A stretch of 64,000 nucleotides of DNA from Sedimentisphaerales bacterium (lineage in GTDB: Bacteria > Planctomycetota > Phycisphaerae > Sedimentisphaerales > SM23-30). A program made the position numbers and the translations under genes. The notes under the pieces were generated by a model that made no database searches, was not told where the DNA came from, and was given only the letters and a program-made list of their open reading frames with translations. The stretch is from NCBI GenBank assembly GCA_963663805.2, contig CAXXMR010000020.1, positions 1-64,000 on the forward strand, in the 5' to 3' direction. Shown piece by piece: positions 9,303 to 20,618 of this stretch (position 1 is its first letter; the number at the start of each line of letters is the position of its first letter).

Positions 9303-10695
9303 TCACGCAAAAGGTGGACTATCCGATGCAAACATCTCCTTAGCCTGTCCTACCAGATAGAAACTGCCAGTTATGCAAATCAAATCACCCGTCGAAATCG
9401 CCGGCCGAGCGACCCGCAACGCATCCTGAAGGTTCGCCGAAACCTGACACATCTTACCACACAGCTCGGTATACATCTGCGCCAAATCTTCCGGATACAT
9501 CGAACGCGGCGAATTCACCCGTGTAAAAATCACCTTATCGGCGCCCATACTGCAATTCCCGCAGCATACCATCGACGTCCTTATCCTCGCAGCAGCCGAA
9601 AATCACCACCATCGAATCATAAGGTATATGCTGGCCCGTGGCCTGAATCAAAGCTCTGATACTCGCAGCGTTATGGGCCCCGTCAACTAGAACCCGCGGA
9701 TCCTGCCAGACCATTTCCATTCTGCCGGCCAGTTTCGTATTGGCCAATCCCAAAACCGCCTGCTGGTCATCAATCTTAAAACCTTTGCTCTTCAGGCAAT
9801 CCAGCAGCGAAAGAGCCAGGCCGCAGTTTATCGCCTGATGCTCACCCAGAACCGGCACCGGCAAATGCTCAAAACGGCTCGTCGGCGTCGTCAGACAAAT
9901 ACGATTGTGCAGACCCAGCGAACGCGAAGACTCAAAACGGTAGGAAAAATCAATATCCTTGCCCGTAACCCGAAAAAGAGCCTTATTCTTGGTCGCGTGC
10001 TTACGCAGCACCTGCATAGCCTCAAATTCCTGAGGAACTGTTACTACCGGGACACCTTCTTTGAAAATACCCGCCTTTTCTTCGGCAATTTTGCCCAGCG
10101 TAGCGCCTAACTGCCTTTGATGGTCGATACTTATGTTCGTAATGCCGATGGCTTCGGGAGTCAGCACATTGGTGCTGTCCAGTCTGCCACCCAGCCCGGT
10201 CTCGATTACCGCCATCTGCACTTCTTCATTGACGAAATGTTGAAAAGCGACCGCTGTCAATATCTCAAAGAATGTTGGCGGGTCAGCCTCCATCTTTTGC
10301 ACATAGGGGACAACATCGCGAACGATGTGCATCAGGCACGATTCACTTATCATCTTGCCGTCAACGCAGATACGCTCACGCAAATCCAACACATGCGGCG
10401 AGGTATACAAGCCAACTTTATAGCCGCTGGAACGCAGCATCTCGGAAAGCATCGTACAGGTCGAGCCCTTACCCTTCGTCCCGGCAATGTGAACCGACGT
10501 CAGTTTTTTGTGAGGATCGCCCATATACTTCAGCAGGCGTCTCATGCGGTCCAGATTGAAGGTATCTACATTATATCTTAAACGCTTGCAGGACTCATAG
10601 TTAGTACTGCTGAACAGGAACGATAAGGCCGACTTGTAGGTTCGGATCGATGTCCCTTTCGTGGTGGGTTTCTTCTTTGTGGCTGTCGCAGGCAC
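9303..10695 (-). CDS. folC: Folylpolyglutamate synthase/dihydrofolate synthase, split by a 1-nt frameshift near 9545
   Basis: HIAGTKGKGST, LYTSPH, ETGLGGRLDSTNV and VDGAHN lie in ORF 9535..10695. The C-terminal ITGSFYLVG lies in ORF 9303..9572. Removing one G from TATGGGCGCC joins them (QYGADKVIF). Confidence 0.92.
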
Positions 10696-11332
10696 GGTTA
10701 ATCTCCTAGGAGTTTATTTACTACGTTGTTATCTCAACTCAATCCAAGTCCGTTATGATAGCACATTTAGGAAGCTTTTGCAAGAGTTTTGGCCGAAAAA
10801 CAGCGATTTTCGCACCTATTCGCTACTCGCCTCGAACTTAAAACCTTGTCAAATACTATCATATAATTTTCACTATTATTCTTTTTTAACGCCAAAAGCA
10901 TTAACTTTAACCCTGTAAAAACCTGTAATTTAGGCCTTTTCCGGCAATATTTTGTCGGTGACCGTCGGGCTTTATGGCATTTTTACCACAATTAATCCAA
11001 ACACCTGCCTAATGGCCCTACCGGAAATAAACATTCAGAATCCCCACCAGAAAATCTATATAAAACCACCACGGCTCACCACCGGACAGCTTGATAACTA
11101 CGCCTTTTCTAAATGTTTCCTATACCTTAATATGCCAGGCTCACCCCCCAAAATAAGCCTGACCGATATGTCTGTGAAAAAAATCACTACCCGTCCCCCG
11201 GATAAGCATGGGCACAGACTATATACGAATCCCAAATAATTTCGTTCGCAGATTTTTATAAAAAAGCTCGCAAATCGGGCTGCCCCACCCTAAAATACCC
11301 CATATTCACAATTGATTACGGAACAAATTATA

Positions 11333-12439
11333 ATGCAAACCATCTCTGATTTTCCCGGCAAAACCGTTATTGTCGACCTGGCTGACCGCAGCTACCCAAT
11401 TTATGTCGGCTGGGACTGTTTCGCCAGACTCCACCGGGCCTTTCAGCAGCACTGTCCCGCCCGGCGAGCCCTGATCATCAGCGACACCAACGTCGCTCCC
11501 ATATATGCCCAGGCCATAATGGACTGCCTCGCCCCCTACAACCCCGCGATTATCACCGTAGCGCCCGGCGAAAAGTCCAAATCCTCTGCTATTGTCGAGG
11601 ATATTTACGACCAGCTATTCGAGCTTAACGCCGAAAGGTCCGATGCCATCGTCGCTCTAGGGGGTGGGGTCGTCGGCGATTTGGCCGGCTATGTCGCTGC
11701 GACTTTCAAAAGAGGTATGAAATTCGTACAAATTCCCACCTCCCTACTGGCTATGGTCGACAGCAGCGTAGGCGGCAAAACCGGTATTAACCACCCTCGC
11801 GGCAAAAACATGATTGGCGCGTTCTATCAACCCCAGCTAGTTTTTGCTGACACCCAAACCCTGACCACCCTGCCTCGCCGTGAACTTGGCTGCGGACTCG
11901 CCGAAACCGTTAAACATGCCGTCATTCGGGACGAAAACTTTTTCCACACCCTCGAAACCCAGACCCAGGCCATCCTTGACCTCCAGCCTCAGACAATGGT
12001 AGATATGGTCACCCTCAATTGCCAAATCAAAGCAGCCGTGGTCTCCGCCGACGAACGCGAAGCCGGACTACGCGGCATCCTGAACCTGGGACATACCATA
12101 GGCCATACTATAGAAACCGTCTTGACACCCCGGCACGACTATCATCACGGCGAAGCGGTGTCGCTGGGCATTGTCGCGGCCGTAAACATCGCCGCTAACC
12201 GCAAACTTATAACCAATGATACCGCCCAAAGAATCATCAGCCTGCTCGAAAAACTCCAACTGCCCATCGCCATGGCCCACCCTCTGCCCGTCACCGAAAT
12301 GTATCAAGCCATGAGCCAGGATAAAAAAATCAAAGACGGTAAAATCACTTTCGTTCTGCCCACCAGTCTGGGCGATACCATCTTTGCCAACGACCTGACC
12401 GAACAGGAAATCACTCAGACCATCGCTAGTTTTGCAGAA
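11333..12439 (+). CDS. aroB: 3-dehydroquinate synthase (N-terminal half of the 777-aa called ORF)
   Basis: ALGGGVVGDLAG, QIPTSLLAMVDSSVGGKTGIN, KNMIGAFYQP, LNLGHTIGH, HGEAVSLG, DKK. The end coordinate assumes the TGA reached if the A6 run at 12428-12433 were A5. Confidence 0.9.
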
Positions 12440-12472
12440 AAAAGTTTGATAACTTTTTTAGTGGAGACAATT

Positions 12473-13645
12473 GTGACAAAACCGCTAAACCCAGACCGCG
12501 ATCGTCTTGCCAAATGGCTCAGGCTGCACCTGACCGAAAACGTCGGTCCTAAGACTTTCGCTGCCCTGCTCAAACGTTTCGATAATGACCTCGACGCCAT
12601 TCTCAAAGCCAACGCCAACCAGCTCACCACCATAACCGGCGTTGGTGCCAAAACCGCCCATGCTATCATCAAATCCCGCGAACAGGTAAACCCCGAAGAT
12701 GAACTCGAACTGGCTGAATCGCTGAGTGTGCGTATCCTTACCATTCAGTGTCCCGAATATCCCGAACTCCTGCGTCAAATAGCCAGCCCGCCCCACGTCA
12801 TATATCTCAAAGGACAGCTCGCTCGCGCCGACAAACTCGCGATAGCCATGGTCGGCTCACGCAACGCCAGCTTCTACGGTCTGGAACAAACCGCCCGACT
12901 CAGCACCCAGCTCGCCGCGGCAGGATTTACCATTGTCTCCGGATTAGCCCGCGGAATCGACACCGCCGCCCACAATGGAGCACTTTCAGTGGAAGGAAGA
13001 ACCATAGCGGTACAAGGCTGCGGATTGGCCCAGGTCTACCCGAAAGAGAATCAAAAACTCGCCGAGACCATCACCCAAAACGGAGCCTTAATCAGCGAAC
13101 TGCCCCTGCGTTATGAACCGTTGGCCAACACCTTTCGTAGTCGCAACCGCATCATTTCCGGCCTGTCACTCGGCACGATTGTTGTCGAAGCCGCTCACCG
13201 AAGCGGAGCATTAGCCACCGCCGCCTACGCCACCGAACAGAACAGAGAGGTAATGGCTGTCCCCGGAAATGTCGAGTCGCCCGGAAGTTTTGGCCCCCAT
13301 CAGCTCATCAAAGACGGAGCCGCTCTGGTCCACAATATCGAAGACGTTCTCCAGTGCCTCGGACATTACGGTAGAATGCTGGAACCCCACGCCCTGAACG
13401 CTGCCCGGAAAACCAGAGAAAAGATCGAACCAGACCTTTTTACGTTCGATAATAATAATTTGACCGCGAACCTCTCCCCTCTGGAGTCAGCTGTTTTTCA
13501 ACAGCTCTCCCGCACCCCGGTCCACATCGATGAAATCGTCAATCAATGCGAACTTGACGCCGGTAACGCCACCGCCGTCCTCATAGCCCTCCAGCTAAAA
13601 GGACTGGCCCGACAAACGCCCGGAAACTACTATCAGCAAAAATAG
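12473..13645 (+). CDS. dprA: DNA-processing protein DprA/Smf (C-terminal half of the 777-aa called ORF)
   Basis: AMVGSR, IVSGLARGIDTAAH, FRSRNRIISGLS, VVEAAHRSGAL and a C-terminal winged helix. Has its own GGAG SD 6 nt before in-frame GTG 12473. Confidence 0.9.
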   Translation: MTKPLNPDRDRLAKWLRLHLTENVGPKTFAALLKRFDNDLDAILKANANQLTTITGVGAKTAHAIIKSREQVNPEDELELAESLSVRILTIQCPEYPELLRQIASPPHVIYLKGQLARADKLAIAMVGSRNASFYGLEQTARLSTQLAAAGFTIVSGLARGIDTAAHNGALSVEGRTIAVQGCGLAQVYPKENQKLAETITQNGALISELPLRYEPLANTFRSRNRIISGLSLGTIVVEAAHRSGALATAAYATEQNREVMAVPGNVESPGSFGPHQLIKDGAALVHNIEDVLQCLGHYGRMLEPHALNAARKTREKIEPDLFTFDNNNLTANLSPLESAVFQQLSRTPVHIDEIVNQCELDAGNATAVLIALQLKGLARQTPGNYYQQK

Positions 13646-13670
13646 CCTGAACACAAGCCCGGCTATTTTT
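13638..13670. terminator. Bidirectional terminator between dprA and the PilZ gene
   Basis: AAAAATAGCC...GGCTATTTTT inverted repeat between convergent stops. Confidence 0.55.
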
Positions 13671-14023
13671 CACATCTCATGATTGTGACCCGGTATCGGC
13701 CCCATCCGCTCATTAAACATCAGCCCCACTTTGATAGTGGCTGACTCCAGGCTAGAACCGCGGTCGATACGCACCACCCGGGCACTCTTGACCCGAGCAT
13801 AGGCACCCTTGCTCTGAGCCAGATTATCACGACGCGGAAAATTAACTTCCACCACCTGACCCTCACATATCGGAGTAGCCATCGGCATCTGCACTAGAGC
13901 GCCGCCCCGGGACACATCAACGCTGCACCCGTTAAAAAACTTCGAGGCTTTCGGATGATACAAGCTCACCGGCCACCAGACTTCACTGCGAACTTCGCTT
14001 CGCTGTTCAAATGAACAAACCAC
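13670..14023 (-). CDS. Stand-alone PilZ-domain (c-di-GMP receptor) protein
   Basis: EQRSEVR (RxxxR) and DVSRGG (DxSxxG) motifs; ARVVRI...VGLMF. Confidence 0.85.
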   Translation of the reverse strand: MVCSFEQRSEVRSEVWWPVSLYHPKASKFFNGCSVDVSRGGALVQMPMATPICEGQVVEVNFPRRDNLAQSKGAYARVKSARVVRIDRGSSLESATIKVGLMFNERMGPIPGHNHEM

Positions 14024-14404
14024 TTTTTCGCCTTTCCAAAAAACAACTTCTTAATACTGAAATACTACAAAGTACTTCTCCTGCGCCTATCGACGAAATA
14101 AACCACCCAATTAAGAACCTTTAGCTCTCAACTTAAAAAAAAACCCCTCCGAACCACAATTTATCAGCCCTTTCGCTCGCGACCGATACAACTAGCTTAA
14201 ATGCAATACTTTACGGAATTGTCTACGATAGCTCGACCGGCTTTCTTGATGTTGAAAAAATGTTTTTTTCTCCCCTGTCACCCCATCACACACAATTATC
14301 ACCCCCAAAAACTCTAACAGTTTGCAATATCTCCCGCCCGCGATAAAATGGCAGACTTAACAAGGCAGGAAGCCCGATAACTTTGTCATTTGGAGGACAT
14401 TAAC

Positions 14405-14614
14405 ATGTTCAAACTTCTACTGGCCCAAACCTGTACCGCCGCAGCCCAAACCACTACCGACCTGACCGGCCTGGAAAAAACCACGTCTCTAATTGTCCTC
14501 TTGCTGATAATAATAGCGATCCTCACAATCATGATTTTTCATCGTCAAAGAAAAATCGCCAAAAATCAGATCGACTTGGCCGCCATGATTAACCAGTTGC
14601 TCGATAAAGACTAG
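14405..14614 (+). CDS. Small single-pass membrane protein
   Basis: GGAGG SD, one hydrophobic helix (LIVLLLIIIAILTIMIF) followed by basic residues. Confidence 0.6.
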   Translation: MFKLLLAQTCTAAAQTTTDLTGLEKTTSLIVLLLIIIAILTIMIFHRQRKIAKNQIDLAAMINQLLDKD

Positions 14615-14742
14615 ATGACCATGGGCCGACCATCTGTGTCTTGGAGTCAATCCAACCCCGCGGCTTTACTTACAACACGCGTTTAGCCGATATAAATCCT
14701 GTGGTCCTATAACCAGAAAAGTATAAAGGCTGACCAAAAAGC

Positions 14743-17475
14743 ATGAAAAACAGCTCCGGGTTGAACATTACCAAACATTGCCTGCTCACCGTTGCCCTGG
14801 TTCTGGCCCTTTATACCCAAATTTTCTGCCAGGAAAATCAGGCAGCCTCTTCATATTCGCAGGCACTGCTGGCTAACCAAAGGGTCATGCAGACTTTCGA
14901 TTTCGAGGAACGAGAAATCAATTTCCTCGACCTGCCTATGTACTGGACCAAAATCCCGCCCAGCAAAGGTTTCCCTCATTATTCCGAAGGTGTCCTCGAC
15001 GCTGAATTTGCCCACTCTGGCAAATATGGTTTCAAACTGGCCTCCGAAGGCGGCAGCGTCGGATTTGAATATCATCGCCGACGTATTCGGGCCAAACCCG
15101 GCAATGATTTCCAAATCACCGGCTACGTCCATCTCAAAGACGCCCCCACCTGCCGGGCCCAAATCACCTGCTGCCTGACCGACCGCAACGGAAAAATCAT
15201 CCCCGGCAGTGAACATAAATCCGGGCTTGTCAGTGACGCTGAGCAGACTCCCCAGGGCTGGGCACGCCTGGAGGTCTATTTGCCCGGCCAGTTCCCCGAC
15301 GCCAGATTTATAACACTGAGCGTCCTGCTCTTGCAGCAGCAGCAATGGGACATCGACGGTTCATTCGATGGCAGAATCTTCAAAAGGGATATCAATGCTT
15401 CGGCCTGGTTCGATGACATCAGCGTCTATCAGTTGCCGCGTGTAAAACTTTTCACCGACGAACCCGGCAACCTCTTTGAACCGTCAGAAACACCCGCCCT
15501 CAATGTCGAAGTTGAAGGCATCAGCGATATCGACTACGAAGTACAGCTTCAGGTCACTTCTTCTGCCGGCCAACTCATGCACGAACAAGCCTGGATTCTC
15601 TCCGGCATCGAAGGAGCCAACCAGGTTCGCACCATCACCCTGCCCGAAATGTCAGCCGGATTTTACCACGCCACCCTGAATATCATTTCCGGCGGCATAC
15701 TCGTCGCCGAAAGAGAGCTTAACTTCTGCAAACTCGCCGCCCTGACAGTGCCCGGCCCCGTTAGCGGCACCGGATTCGGAGTCGTATCACTAAAACCCAT
15801 CGGCGCCCCCTGGGAAACCACCGCTGAACTTACCCGTATGGCAAACGCCAAACTGCTCAAAATTCCCGTCTGGCACCGAAAGTCAACAGATCCAGGCGCC
15901 ATTTTTTCCGAAAAGGATTTCGACCGCAAACTGATAAGACTCCAGCGTAACAATATCGAGCTAATCGCGACATTTTCTGACGTGCCCGATTACCTCTCCA
16001 GCCAAATGAACATGGGCAGACGTTCGCTGCTGGACATTCTCAGTCAGGACATTCAATTCTGGCAGCCCCAGGTCGCCATCGTACTGTCACAATATGCCCA
16101 TCAGGTACCATTCTGGCAAATCGGCAAAGACCCCACCGACCTGGATCTGCTCCAGTGGGATCCACGCATCCGTTCTGTGGCCCAGACCATGCGCCAGGAA
16201 TTTGACAAACTCGTAACCGGAGCCATCATCGCTGCCCCCGTCAATGCCCTGCTGGAAATCTACCAAAACCAGGTCAATACCAGCCAGATTGCCATGGCCG
16301 TCCCCGCTAAAATCAGGGCCCGGCAGATTCCCGAATATATCGAAGGGTTCCGCCAGAGAGGAGTTTCAAATATCTGGACCACTATCCAGCCGCTTGAGTC
16401 GGATATTTACTCCAGAGAACAAATCCTAATCGATTTGGCCCATCGAATCGCCTTTGCCAAAACCGTTCAGCCCAACGGTATTTTTATCGAACAGCCCTGG
16501 GGACCCAAAATCCGCAATGCCGAATTAGCCATCGAACCGCAGGAAATCCTCCTGGTCTTCCGGACCCTTGCCGACCAGCTCGGCGGCGCCCAATACATGG
16601 GAAGATTCGCACTCAGTGACGATGTTAACGCCCTTATTTTTGACCGGGCTGGCGTGGGCAGCCTCTTTCTCTTGCGTGAAGAAAGCCAAAGCACCACCCT
16701 GACCGAATCAAACGCATTCATCGATATCTACCTCGGACCCAAGCCCGGCCTTATGGATATTATGGGCAACCGGCATGAGCTTCCCGCCGCAGCCGGGCTA
16801 AGTCGCCTGACCGTCGAACAATGGCCTCTCATCGTAACCAACATACATACCCCTCTGGCAGCTCTGCGGGCCAGCCTGAAAGTCACCCCGGAAATTATCG
16901 ACGCGAACATAACCCGCCAAAACCTGACCATCAATTTCACCAATACTTTCGACACACCTATCTCCGGCAGACTCCATTTCGGACGAAACTCCCAGCAGCA
17001 GGAATGGGAAATCGAACCGCTCAGCGGAAGTTTCGCCCTTCAGCCCGGCGAGGTATTCAGCCGCGACCTGACCATCAAATTTCCACGTAACGAACTCGGC
17101 GGCAAAAAGAAACTTTATCTGGATATCCGCATCGACGCCGACCGAACCTACACCATCCGAGCCTGGTGCCCCTTCGAAATAAAACTACAGGGCATCGACG
17201 TCGGCATCTTCGCTCGAAGAGTCAACGGTAACGATTTAATCATTCAGCAGGTAGTGACGAATTACAGCAGCGAAACCATTTCAATGATTGCCTTTGCCGA
17301 CCTGCCGGACGGAGATCGGGTGGAAAGAATGATACCAAATCTTCAGCCGCGGGCTACCACTACGAAGTCTTTTGTTCTCAAGGACGCTCAGAAATGGCTC
17401 GGAAGATATGTCAGGCTAGGACTTTATGACCCCAAGGGGACTAGAAGAATTAACTACACGATACCCATAAATTAG
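14743..17475 (+). CDS. Large secreted hypothetical protein (CBM-like N-terminus, barrel-like core, Ig-like C-terminus)
   Basis: 910-aa ORF with signal peptide; AHSGKYGFKL and AWFDDISV are CBM-like motifs. Domain assignment is tentative. Confidence 0.7.
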   Translation: MKNSSGLNITKHCLLTVALVLALYTQIFCQENQAASSYSQALLANQRVMQTFDFEEREINFLDLPMYWTKIPPSKGFPHYSEGVLDAEFAHSGKYGFKLASEGGSVGFEYHRRRIRAKPGNDFQITGYVHLKDAPTCRAQITCCLTDRNGKIIPGSEHKSGLVSDAEQTPQGWARLEVYLPGQFPDARFITLSVLLLQQQQWDIDGSFDGRIFKRDINASAWFDDISVYQLPRVKLFTDEPGNLFEPSETPALNVEVEGISDIDYEVQLQVTSSAGQLMHEQAWILSGIEGANQVRTITLPEMSAGFYHATLNIISGGILVAERELNFCKLAALTVPGPVSGTGFGVVSLKPIGAPWETTAELTRMANAKLLKIPVWHRKSTDPGAIFSEKDFDRKLIRLQRNNIELIATFSDVPDYLSSQMNMGRRSLLDILSQDIQFWQPQVAIVLSQYAHQVPFWQIGKDPTDLDLLQWDPRIRSVAQTMRQEFDKLVTGAIIAAPVNALLEIYQNQVNTSQIAMAVPAKIRARQIPEYIEGFRQRGVSNIWTTIQPLESDIYSREQILIDLAHRIAFAKTVQPNGIFIEQPWGPKIRNAELAIEPQEILLVFRTLADQLGGAQYMGRFALSDDVNALIFDRAGVGSLFLLREESQSTTLTESNAFIDIYLGPKPGLMDIMGNRHELPAAAGLSRLTVEQWPLIVTNIHTPLAALRASLKVTPEIIDANITRQNLTINFTNTFDTPISGRLHFGRNSQQQEWEIEPLSGSFALQPGEVFSRDLTIKFPRNELGGKKKLYLDIRIDADRTYTIRAWCPFEIKLQGIDVGIFARRVNGNDLIIQQVVTNYSSETISMIAFADLPDGDRVERMIPNLQPRATTTKSFVLKDAQKWLGRYVRLGLYDPKGTRRINYTIPIN

Positions 17476-17517
17476 TCTCTTACAAGTAAAATTTTACGCA
17501 AAATAGCCACAATTTAC

Positions 17518-17579
17518 CAGAGCCGCACACGTAAGTAAGCGGTGCCGTTAAAAATCCGCGTAATCCGTGTAATCCGCGG
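17518..17579. repeat. REP-like element followed by a 9-bp triplicated unit
   Basis: CAGAGCCGCACACGTAAGTAAGCGGTGCCGTTA matches 56769-56801 at 30 of 33 nt. It is followed by AATCCGCGT/AATCCGTGT/AATCCGCGG. Confidence 0.75.
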
Positions 17580-17981
17580 CTAAATATTTTTGTTGTTTAT
17601 GTTGTTTTGAATTTTTGAGATTAGAATTTCCAGTTTATCTGGCTTAGGTTAAAGGGGCGATTTTTGGTGAAAAAGTACCATATAGTATAGTTTTTTCGGG
17701 GTATAAGGGTGGGTGATGGTGTTCGTATCCGGCCGTTTACGCGGCTCGTTTTTTGTGCTCTTATGACCTTTGGTGGGGCGGAAAAAGTTGCCTATTTTAA
17801 CACAGACAATATATCCTGATTCATATAAGGCGTATAAGAGATGATTGAGGGCGTTTTGGGGGGTGTTTTTTGGGGTTTTAAGCTTGACAGGGCAGGGCGG
17901 GGGGTCTATCATTCCGGGTCTGTGTATATGTAATGGTTTTTATACTAATGGTTTGTGTTTCTTTTATGGAGGACACGTATT

Positions 17982-18830
17982 TTGGACAATGCAGGTGTTC
18001 GTGATTTAGTTGATGCTGGAATTCATTTTGGCCATCGCGTGGGTCGTTGGAACCCGAAGATGAAGCCTTATATTTTCTGTGCCCGCAACTCAATTCACAT
18101 TATCAACATCAAGGAGACCTTAAAAGGTCTTCTGCGCTCGCGCAAGTTCGTGACGAACATGGTAGCCAACGGCAAAGAAGTTCTCTTTGTGGGCACCAAG
18201 CGTCAGGCTCGTAAGCCTATCATGGACCAGGCGATGCGTTGCGGAATGCCCTATGTTTCGGAAAGATGGCTGGGCGGTACGTTGACGAATTTTCGTACGA
18301 TTCGTTCACGGCTGGGCCGACTTGAAGAACTTGAGGCAATGGAAGAACAAGGTCAGCTGGCAGCTCAGGGCAAAAAGATGGAGTCGATGCTGCGTCGGGA
18401 AATGCGTAAAATCAAACGCAATCTGGACGGCATTCGCACCATGGAACGTTTGCCGGGCGTTTTGGTTATCGTAGATGCCAAACGTGAGCATCTGGCGGTG
18501 GCAGAAGCCCGCAAGCTGAAGATTCCGAGTATCGCTCTGATGGATACGGATTCGGACCCCGATTTGGTTGATTTGCCGATTCCGGGTAATGATGACGCGA
18601 TGCGGGCGATTGAGCTGGTGATGACCTATATTGCCGACGCTGTAGAAGAAGGCAAGGCAGGTCGTCAGGCTGTCGCCGTTGACGGTGGCCCGCAGGGTGA
18701 ACGTCGTCAACGCAGTCACCGGGTTTCGTTGTCTCGTGCGGCAGAAGAATTGTCTCAGCCGATAAACGAAGTTATAGCTGAGCAGGCCCCGACAGGTGAA
18801 GCCCCCGCCGACGAAACTTCAGGCCAATAA
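17982..18830 (+). CDS. rpsB: 30S ribosomal protein S2
   Basis: AGIHFGH...WNPKMKPYIF, FVGTKRQA, RWLGGTLTNF, IPGNDDA. TTG start after GGAGG. Confidence 0.98.
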   Translation: MDNAGVRDLVDAGIHFGHRVGRWNPKMKPYIFCARNSIHIINIKETLKGLLRSRKFVTNMVANGKEVLFVGTKRQARKPIMDQAMRCGMPYVSERWLGGTLTNFRTIRSRLGRLEELEAMEEQGQLAAQGKKMESMLRREMRKIKRNLDGIRTMERLPGVLVIVDAKREHLAVAEARKLKIPSIALMDTDSDPDLVDLPIPGNDDAMRAIELVMTYIADAVEEGKAGRQAVAVDGGPQGERRQRSHRVSLSRAAEELSQPINEVIAEQAPTGEAPADETSGQ

Positions 18831-18954
18831 TAAGAATATCAGGTTGCTTCGAGGCGGCCTTTATGTATTCAATGGAAATTGTGAGCGGAAACCTCCCGAT
18901 TCATGCGGGAGGTCTCCATTTAGACAGAAAAATGTAAATGAGGAGCTGAACCTT

Positions 18955-19830
18955 ATGGCAGCGATAAGTGCTAAGATGGTAATGGAATTACGTGAGCGGA
19001 CCGGTCAGGCGATGATGGACTGCAAGAAGGCCCTGAACGAGACCGAAGGCGATATGGAAAAAGCTATCGACCTGCTTCGTAAAAAAGGCATGGCGGTAAT
19101 GGAGAAACGCGGCGGTCGCGAGAACAAAGAAGGCAAGATTTTCTTTAAGATAAGCTCTGACGGCAAGGTCGCGGTTATGACTTCTCTTTGCTGTGAGACT
19201 GACTTCACCGCCAAGAACGATGGTTTTGTTGAAGCCGCAGAAGCCTTGGCTGATGCTATGCTGGCGGCAGGTTCGACTCCGGCTGACACGGATGCGATTT
19301 CCGCATTGACAGCGGCGAACGGCAAGACCGTGGGTGATATGGTCAATACTCTGATAAGCACTACCGGTGAAAAGATCACCGTTGGCAAATGCTCCCGCTT
19401 TGAGCTGAGCAGTGCCGGTCTGCTTTACGGTTATGTCCACTTCAATGGTAAAGTCGGGACACTGATACAGATTGACGCTGAAAATGACGCAGCGGCTTCC
19501 TCTGAGGCAACCCAGGCTTTGGCGGCGGATTTGGCAATGCACATCACCGCGGTGAGTCCTGAAGGCGTACGTCGCGAAGAAATTTCGGCTGACGTTATCG
19601 CCCGTGAAGAAGCCGTGGCTCGTGAGCAGGTTAAGGGCAAGCCGGAAAACATTATCGAAAATATCGTCAAAGGCAAAATCGACAAATGGATGTCGCAGAT
19701 TGTTCTACTGGAACAGCCTTTCGTTAAGGACGACCAAAAGACGGTAACGGAACTGATTGACGAAGTAAGCAAGACTGCAGGCGGCAAACTGACGGTTAAC
19801 CGCTTCGCACGTTTGCAGATTGGCGGGTAA
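18955..19830 (+). CDS. tsf: Elongation factor Ts
   Basis: ISAKMVMELRERTGQAMMDCKKAL, CETDFTAKN, LAMHI, LLEQPFVKD. AGGAG SD. Confidence 0.98.
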   Translation: MAAISAKMVMELRERTGQAMMDCKKALNETEGDMEKAIDLLRKKGMAVMEKRGGRENKEGKIFFKISSDGKVAVMTSLCCETDFTAKNDGFVEAAEALADAMLAAGSTPADTDAISALTAANGKTVGDMVNTLISTTGEKITVGKCSRFELSSAGLLYGYVHFNGKVGTLIQIDAENDAAASSEATQALAADLAMHITAVSPEGVRREEISADVIAREEAVAREQVKGKPENIIENIVKGKIDKWMSQIVLLEQPFVKDDQKTVTELIDEVSKTAGGKLTVNRFARLQIGG

Positions 19831-19882
19831 GTTCAACGTCGTCGGTGATAACCTGAACCAGGTTTGGAGTGTTTAAGACTAT

Positions 19883-20605
19883 ATGAGCGATTTGAAATAT
19901 CAGCGGGTGCTGCTGAAGATAAGCGGCGAAGGTTTTTGCGGTACGGGCGGTTTTGGTATCGACAGTACCGAGATAAATGTTATCGCTGACCAAATCGCTG
20001 AACTGGTCCGGGCGGGCGCTCAGGTTGGTATTGTTTCGGGCGCGGGCAATCTGATTCGAGGTGCCACGCTGAGTCAGCAGGCTGGCCTTAACCGGGCGAC
20101 GGCTGACCAGATGGGGATGTTGGCGACGGTTATCAACAGTATCGCTTTGCAGGACACTCTGGAAAGTAAAGGCGTGGCAACGCGGGTGATGTCGGCGATT
20201 CAGATGTCGGCAATTTGTGAGCCTTTCATACGCGGTCGGGCGATTCGTCATCTGGAAAAAGGCCGGGTGATTATCCTGGCGGGCGGGACGGGCAATCCGT
20301 TTTTTACGACGGATACCTGTGCGTCGCTGCGGGCGGCTGAGATTCAGGCTGATGTGATTATCAAAGCGACTAAGGTTGACGGCGTTTACGATTCGGACCC
20401 GATGAAGAATCCGGACGCGAAGATGTTCGAGCGGCTTAGTTTTGTCGAGGTTCTGGAAAACGATTTGCGAGTAATGGACCACTCGGCGATAAGTATGTGC
20501 CGGGAAAACAATATAGATATCGTAGTTTGCAATTTAATGAAACCCGGTTCGGTCGCTCGGGTACTGGCCGGCGAAAAACTGGGGACGGTTATTAGCAACC
20601 AATAA
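19883..20605 (+). CDS. pyrH: Uridylate kinase
   Basis: RVLLKISGE, DQMGMLATVIN, GTGNPFFTTD, KATKVDGVYD. Confidence 0.98.
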   Translation: MSDLKYQRVLLKISGEGFCGTGGFGIDSTEINVIADQIAELVRAGAQVGIVSGAGNLIRGATLSQQAGLNRATADQMGMLATVINSIALQDTLESKGVATRVMSAIQMSAICEPFIRGRAIRHLEKGRVIILAGGTGNPFFTTDTCASLRAAEIQADVIIKATKVDGVYDSDPMKNPDAKMFERLSFVEVLENDLRVMDHSAISMCRENNIDIVVCNLMKPGSVARVLAGEKLGTVISNQ

Positions 20606-20618
20606 ACAGGAGTCAGTC

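Noticed and set aside
9303..10695. folC as a true pseudogene
   Set aside because: All motifs are intact and there is only a single extra G in a short run, one of several similar indels in the window.
10700..11311. ORFs or ncRNA in the folC-aroB divergent spacer
   Set aside because: AT-rich promoter-like DNA with no convincing coding pattern or stable structure seen.
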